From contig OY970296.1 of NCBI GenBank assembly GCA_963716175.1, positions 1,312,001 to 1,376,000 of the forward strand: a stretch of 64,000 bases of DNA, written 5' to 3'. Position 1 is the first letter of the stretch. Every line of letters starts with the position of its first letter. Below, in pieces: positions 60,160-64,000 of the stretch. The notes under the pieces are model-generated. The model saw nothing but the letters and a program-made list of their open reading frames with translations, had not been told where the DNA came from and did not search any database. A program made the position numbers and the translations under genes. Source of the DNA: an uncultured Armatimonadetes bacterium (GTDB taxonomy: Bacteria > Armatimonadota > Hebobacteria > Hebobacterales > Hebobacteraceae).

Positions 60160-60741
60160 CTAGCGGCAGGGCGCTTGCTCGGCCCGCGCCTTCAGGTCCA
60201 GATAGATGGCATGGGCGATGACGGAATGGGCGTCCTCAATCTGCTGCATGCTCTCGGCCGGCACCACCAGGGAGCAGTCGGCCAGCGAGGTCATCTCACC
60301 CCCGTCGCGGCCGGCGAGCGCGACCACGGTCGCCCCCGCCTCCTTTGCCACTCGCATGGCGCGGAGCACGTTCTGGGAGCGCCCGCTGCCGCTGAGGGCG
60401 AGCAGCACATCCCCCTCCCGCACCAGGTTGCGGAGGGGCTCGCAGAAAATGTGCTCATAGCCCAGGTCGTTGGCATAGGCGGTGAGCATGGGGACGCTGT
60501 CCACCAGGGAGATGGCTCGGAAGCGCCGCGCCCCGGGCGGCAGGTCCACGCCCTTGGACAGGTCCTCGACGAAGTGGGAGGCGGTGGCGCTGCTGCCACC
60601 ATTGCCGCAGGCGAAGATCTGGGCGTCGCGGCAGTAAGCGCGCCAGAGCTGGTCCACCACCGCAGTCAGGGAGTCGCGGGGCACCCGCTGGAGGAGCCCG
60701 GCAACCTGGTCAATGTAGTCGCCCATCGTGATTGCTCTCAA
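60160..60741 (-). CDS. SIS-domain phosphoheptose isomerase-like (GmhA family) protein
   Basis: GNGGS, ANDLGY, SGSGRSQN, IEDAH. Confidence 0.85.
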   Translation of the reverse strand: MRAITMGDYIDQVAGLLQRVPRDSLTAVVDQLWRAYCRDAQIFACGNGGSSATASHFVEDLSKGVDLPPGARRFRAISLVDSVPMLTAYANDLGYEHIFCEPLRNLVREGDVLLALSGSGRSQNVLRAMRVAKEAGATVVALAGRDGGEMTSLADCSLVVPAESMQQIEDAHSVIAHAIYLDLKARAEQAPCR

Positions 60742-60806
60742 GGGCCAGTATAGGCAGGGCGGGTTTGGGGTGTCAAGGCGAGGTCGAGGCCGGTCGTGGG
60801 TCAGTT

Positions 60807-61630
60807 TCAGAGGAGCAGCCTCACAATTTCTTCGACAGACCAGACGTGATCGGTGATTCCGGCGGCCACGGCAGGCGTGGTTTTCAGCGTCTGGTGAACC
60901 CTGGCGAAGTTGTAGTACATGAAGTGCAGGGAGACAGCGCAGAAGTGATTCTCCAGCTTCTTTGAGAAGGCGTTGGTCAGCCGGGTGAAGCTCCGCAGGC
61001 CCATCCGAACGGTCAGATTCCGGCGCTCTATGTAGCTGGTAGAGATGTGCTTGGGATCGGGCCTGCCCATGATCGGCGTTCTCTCGGCGGCTATGCGGAC
61101 GGGCGGGCTGTATCGCTTCCCGCCTTCGGCGTCCTGGCCGTACAGCTTGACCAGCATGGCATAGTCTATGTCGGCCCCGAAAACCTCTTCAACGGCGTTC
61201 AGGTAGACCTTCAGGCCGTCCGTGGTTAGCTGCACGCGGTTGACCAAGCGGGATTCCAGGTCGGTGATGAGGTCATAGGCGGCCGTCGCGTCCCCTCCCC
61301 GACCTGCCAGCAGATCATCAGCTTGCTGTCTGCGTCCATTGCCGTCCACGTCCACACGTCACCAACGCCGAACTCGCCGCGCCTATGCTCAGGGACATTC
61401 TTCTCCTTGGCCCCGGCGAATGACCAAATCTCGTCGCACTGGACGCGCTTGGAGGCCAGTCCCTGGAGGGTCTGGTTCCGGTACTCCCAACAGGCGTGAC
61501 CAAGCTCCACAAGAAGCTTGGTCACGGTGTTCTTCGCCGCCCCGGTTATGCGAACCGTGGAGCGGATCGAGTTTCCCTCTACCAGACAGCGGACAACGGC
61601 TGCTCGGCGCTCAGGCGACAGCTTGTTCAT
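60807..61630 (-). CDS. IS1-family DDE transposase (frameshift in G run at ~61295)
   Basis: HTH GNSIRSTVRITG, QCDEIWSF, TTDG, STSYIERRN, RLTNAFSKK, TPAVAAG. Confidence 0.88.
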
Positions 61631-61637
61631 GCTGACC

Positions 61638-61666
61638 AGTATACATGACTGGTCTAGCTTTGTCAA
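61638..61666 (-). promoter_or_regulatory. Near-consensus promoter of a probably leaderless transposase mRNA, with operator palindrome
   Basis: TTGACA - 17 bp - TATACT - 7 nt - ATG; GACCAGT-N7-ACTGGTC overlaps the -10. Confidence 0.75.
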
Positions 61667-61866
61667 GCATTCTGGTCATATTCTTTCGGTGGTTTCTCCG
61701 ATGGGGTGGTCTGCGACTCTTGGGCAGCCTCTTTACCAAGCTCTCGCGCACGCTCCAGAATCTCTTCCTTGGTGTACAATCGTGGGCCGTCAGGTAGTGT
61801 TGCGGCGCATCGCAGGCAACCACGCTGTAGCCAGCCGGAGTGCACCGCTCCTTGCCTATGCTTCAT
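61663..61866 (-). CDS. Small hypothetical passenger protein (67 aa)
   Basis: ATG with GGAGGG RBS overlapping the end of the upstream cargo gene; YTKEEILERARELG. Confidence 0.4.
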   Translation of the reverse strand: MKHRQGAVHSGWLQRGCLRCAATLPDGPRLYTKEEILERARELGKEAAQESQTTPSEKPPKEYDQNA

Positions 61867-63124
61867 CGCTTCCCTCCAAGTACCTCGCGCTGAACGCGGG
61901 GTTGAACTTCGCATCAAAGTAGTGCTTGCGCTTGATCCATATGAATCCATCGCCTTTGCTGATTACGGCCACATCAGTCGGGCCGCCTACTGTCTCTGCA
62001 TCCTGAGATGCCCTGCGTTTCAGGGCAGTCAGGTTAACCAAGGCCTCTGCCAAGAGGGCTAACTCCTCCTTTGGCATCGAGGCCACAACGCTCAGTAGCG
62101 GTGATATGAACATCTCCCTTCTGATTGTACCTAGCTTCTCTTCGAGTTTTTGCCTCAGCTCCTCGCCTATGGAGTGTGCAACGGCCGCTGCCTCAGGTTG
62201 GTTCGTATTCTGGAACTGATTCCCCTTCTCCTCAAAGAATGCACCCAGGAAGGACGCCAACACACCCCTGTATACCGGGTCCATTCCCTCAACGAACGTA
62301 GCCATTACGTCAGTCTGCGCGAAAGGCTCTATGTGGCCCAGCACCTCATCCGAGATGTCCACGCTTGCGCGCTGCCTCACCTTGTGCACCCCTAGCGCTG
62401 AGCAAGAGAACTCGAAGTTCCTCAGGCGGGGAAATACGTCTTTCGTCCCGAATCCCGTTATGGCAAAACCCGTCTCGCCGCCGAACTGCACATCATGGAG
62501 GAAATGGTCAAGGACTAGGTTTCTGACTCTCCCTTTCGTCTCGGCATTGATCGAAAACAATTCGCTAAGCCTCTCCAGGACAGGCCCCAACTCTGGGTTG
62601 ATCGCGTTGGCAATCGAATCCCTCACCTCGGGGAGAGCTACATCGGCGATGACTGGAGACCCGCTTACGCCCTGCTCGTATTCCGCCAGCACCTCCAGAA
62701 GCGCCGCCTGCGCCTCCGCTTCACTGGGATGCCCCCATGCAGATAGCTGCCGCAGCTTCTCAAAGGTCCCTTCGGTTAGTCTCCTTATGCATTCGCGTCC
62801 GAGAGTCACCAGGGACAGCCGCCGCGCCTCATCGCTAAAGACCGAATCATTAGTCCTCAGGAATTCCTCAAAACACTCTGCGTAGCCCTCAAGATGGTCG
62901 CACTTCTGCTGTTTGCGGATACGACGGAACTCCTTGATCGCCGTCTCGACAGGCACTCCCATCACTTCGGCAGAACTGTAAACCATGATACCGACTGGTT
63001 GGTGTTTGCTGAGAGCAAACAGTTTGTTGACAGTGTTGAATATCTTCAGACCGGCCGTCGTAACTGCGCTGTCAGCGGCGAGCGCCACCGCTTGCTTGGT
63101 GAGAACAGCGACCTCGGATGTCAC
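61856..63124 (-). CDS. Passenger protein, putative Ntn-hydrolase (proteasome beta-like) with large insertion
   Basis: MTSEVAV...ALAADSAVT, NKLF, C-terminal TVGGPTDVAVISK. Confidence 0.65.
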   Translation of the reverse strand: MTSEVAVLTKQAVALAADSAVTTAGLKIFNTVNKLFALSKHQPVGIMVYSSAEVMGVPVETAIKEFRRIRKQQKCDHLEGYAECFEEFLRTNDSVFSDEARRLSLVTLGRECIRRLTEGTFEKLRQLSAWGHPSEAEAQAALLEVLAEYEQGVSGSPVIADVALPEVRDSIANAINPELGPVLERLSELFSINAETKGRVRNLVLDHFLHDVQFGGETGFAITGFGTKDVFPRLRNFEFSCSALGVHKVRQRASVDISDEVLGHIEPFAQTDVMATFVEGMDPVYRGVLASFLGAFFEEKGNQFQNTNQPEAAAVAHSIGEELRQKLEEKLGTIRREMFISPLLSVVASMPKEELALLAEALVNLTALKRRASQDAETVGGPTDVAVISKGDGFIWIKRKHYFDAKFNPAFSARYLEGSDEA

Positions 63125-63369
63125 TTGTGCTTACTCCACCGCGCGATAGCGGCGAGCCTAGCAATCTCCGACCGTTCGTCGGCCGATAGCTTCTGCGCTC
63201 GTGCCTTCCCGCCTTTCAGCCCTCCGAGACGACCGAGGACAACTGCCGCGGGATTCTTGCCGCGCTTCCAGTCCTTCGGCGCTTCGCCCATCGCCTCCCT
63301 CACCACCCGGAACGCGATCTCATTCACATCCTCGGGGCCTTGCTTTCCCCTGCTTGACCGTTTAGGCAT
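63121..63369 (-). CDS. Small basic protein with GGLKGGKARA motif
   Basis: KNPAAVVLGRLGGLKGGKARAQKLS..ERSEIA..AA.ARW; 4-bp overlap with the cargo gene. Confidence 0.8.
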   Translation of the reverse strand: MPKRSSRGKQGPEDVNEIAFRVVREAMGEAPKDWKRGKNPAAVVLGRLGGLKGGKARAQKLSADERSEIARLAAIARWSKHK

Positions 63370-63442
63370 AGCTCAGGATACCACACGGCGCGCCGGAAGT
63401 CCAGTACTTGTCACAGGAACCTTCCAAGCATGTGCAAAAGCG

Positions 63443-63480
63443 ATCTCGGCAGACGAAGCGAAAGCTTCGTCTGCCGAGAT
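63443..63480. terminator. Perfect 17-bp hairpin inside the transposon end
   Basis: ATCTCGGCAGACGAAGC-GAAA-GCTTCGTCTGCCGAGAT followed by T-rich sequence; terminator function is inferred. Confidence 0.5.
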
Positions 63481-63794
63481 GCAATTTCCTTGTTTTTCCG
63501 CGAAGACCCTGTTCGATTTTCTAAGCATTGAGATTCCCACGCCCGACGACCATCCTCAAACTGACCCACTACCTCGAGGCCGGTCGTGGCGACAGACATG
63601 TCGCTCCTGGCGAGGGTGCGGCTTTCTTGACTTTTCCGGGGTAGGGGGCTAGAATCGCGATGTTCGTCTCGCACTGCTGAGAGGCGAGTCCGGCATTGCA
63701 CTGCAAGCCGGCGAGACGGCCTGTCCGCGACTGCGGGCGGGCCGTTCGCGCGAGCAGGGCCGCCCCTCTGGCGCGGCCCCCGGAAAGGATACGC

Positions 63795-64000
63795 GTGATC
63801 CACAAGCACGCCGTTAGGGTTCTGATCATCCTGGTTGCGCTGGTGCCAGTGTTGATGGCGGGCTGCGGCCGAGCCAAGAGCAGCAATATCATCGCCCGGG
63901 TGGACGGGCATGCGATCACCAAAGACCAGCTCTTCGACTCCATGGAGCAGGCCGACAACGGCGACGCCGGGCGGCGGGCCCTGGACGCGCTGATCGTCCG
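63795..64000 (+). CDS. 5' end of a PrsA/SurA-like lipoprotein foldase (truncated)
   Basis: MAGC lipobox, IARVDGHAIT..QL...ALDALI. Confidence 0.65.
   Translation, partial: MIHKHAVRVLIILVALVPVLMAGCGRAKSSNIIARVDGHAITKDQLFDSMEQADNGDAGRRALDALIV

Larger units (their letters stand above)
60792..63573 (-). mobile_element. IS1-family cargo transposon, 2782 bp
   Basis: 18-bp TIRs GGTCGTGGGTCAGTTTCA / TCAAACTGACCCACTACC; TCGAGGCC duplicated at 60784-60791 and 63574-63581. Confidence 0.9.

Noticed and set aside
61280-61310. IS1-type programmed -1 frameshift in the transposase
   Set aside because: No A6C-type slippery site; the break is in a G-rich run within the DDE domain.
11877-61630. Mass pseudogenisation or programmed frameshifting (GH5, rtcB, dciA, SLH paralog, rsmG, DUF4091, GNAT, PLD nuclease, transposase)
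   Set aside because: About ten 1-2 bp breaks, several in G/C runs and in conserved genes, with both halves otherwise intact; long-read assembly indels are the simpler explanation, pending a read check.

Overview
High-GC bacterial chromosome segment spanning the replication origin. Armatimonadota-like by gene content (SLH-anchored propeller proteins, pilin-like clusters, lipoprotein-type YidC); this taxonomy is an inference. Core genes: dciA-dnaN-oriC-dnaA, rpmH-rnpA-yidD-yidC-jag-rsmG (unusually separated from dnaA by three envelope genes), pdxS/pdxT, mlaEFD, holA, rtcB, xylB, thiE-thiC-thiL and tRNA-Lys(CTT). Accessory parts: (i) a decayed RHS/YD toxin-immunity region at 19.1-23.2 kb, (ii) an island at the tRNA-Lys 3' end with a PLD (HKD) nuclease and two DNA methyltransferases at 47.5-52.2 kb, (iii) a 2.8-kb IS1-family cargo transposon with inverted repeats and a target duplication, carrying an N-terminal-Thr (proteasome-like) protein at 60.8-63.6 kb, and (iv) a vapBC-type TA pair. 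The strongest non-coding signals are two families of ~100-130 bp TA-flanked double-hairpin elements. One family has complementary loops and different stem sequences between copies, and is seen inserted in one of two duplicated RHS copies. The other sits between the dnaA stop codon and oriC. Several REP-like families overlap stop codons or lie in frame inside proteins. About ten 1-2 bp frameshifts, including in conserved genes, most likely reflect assembly indel errors.
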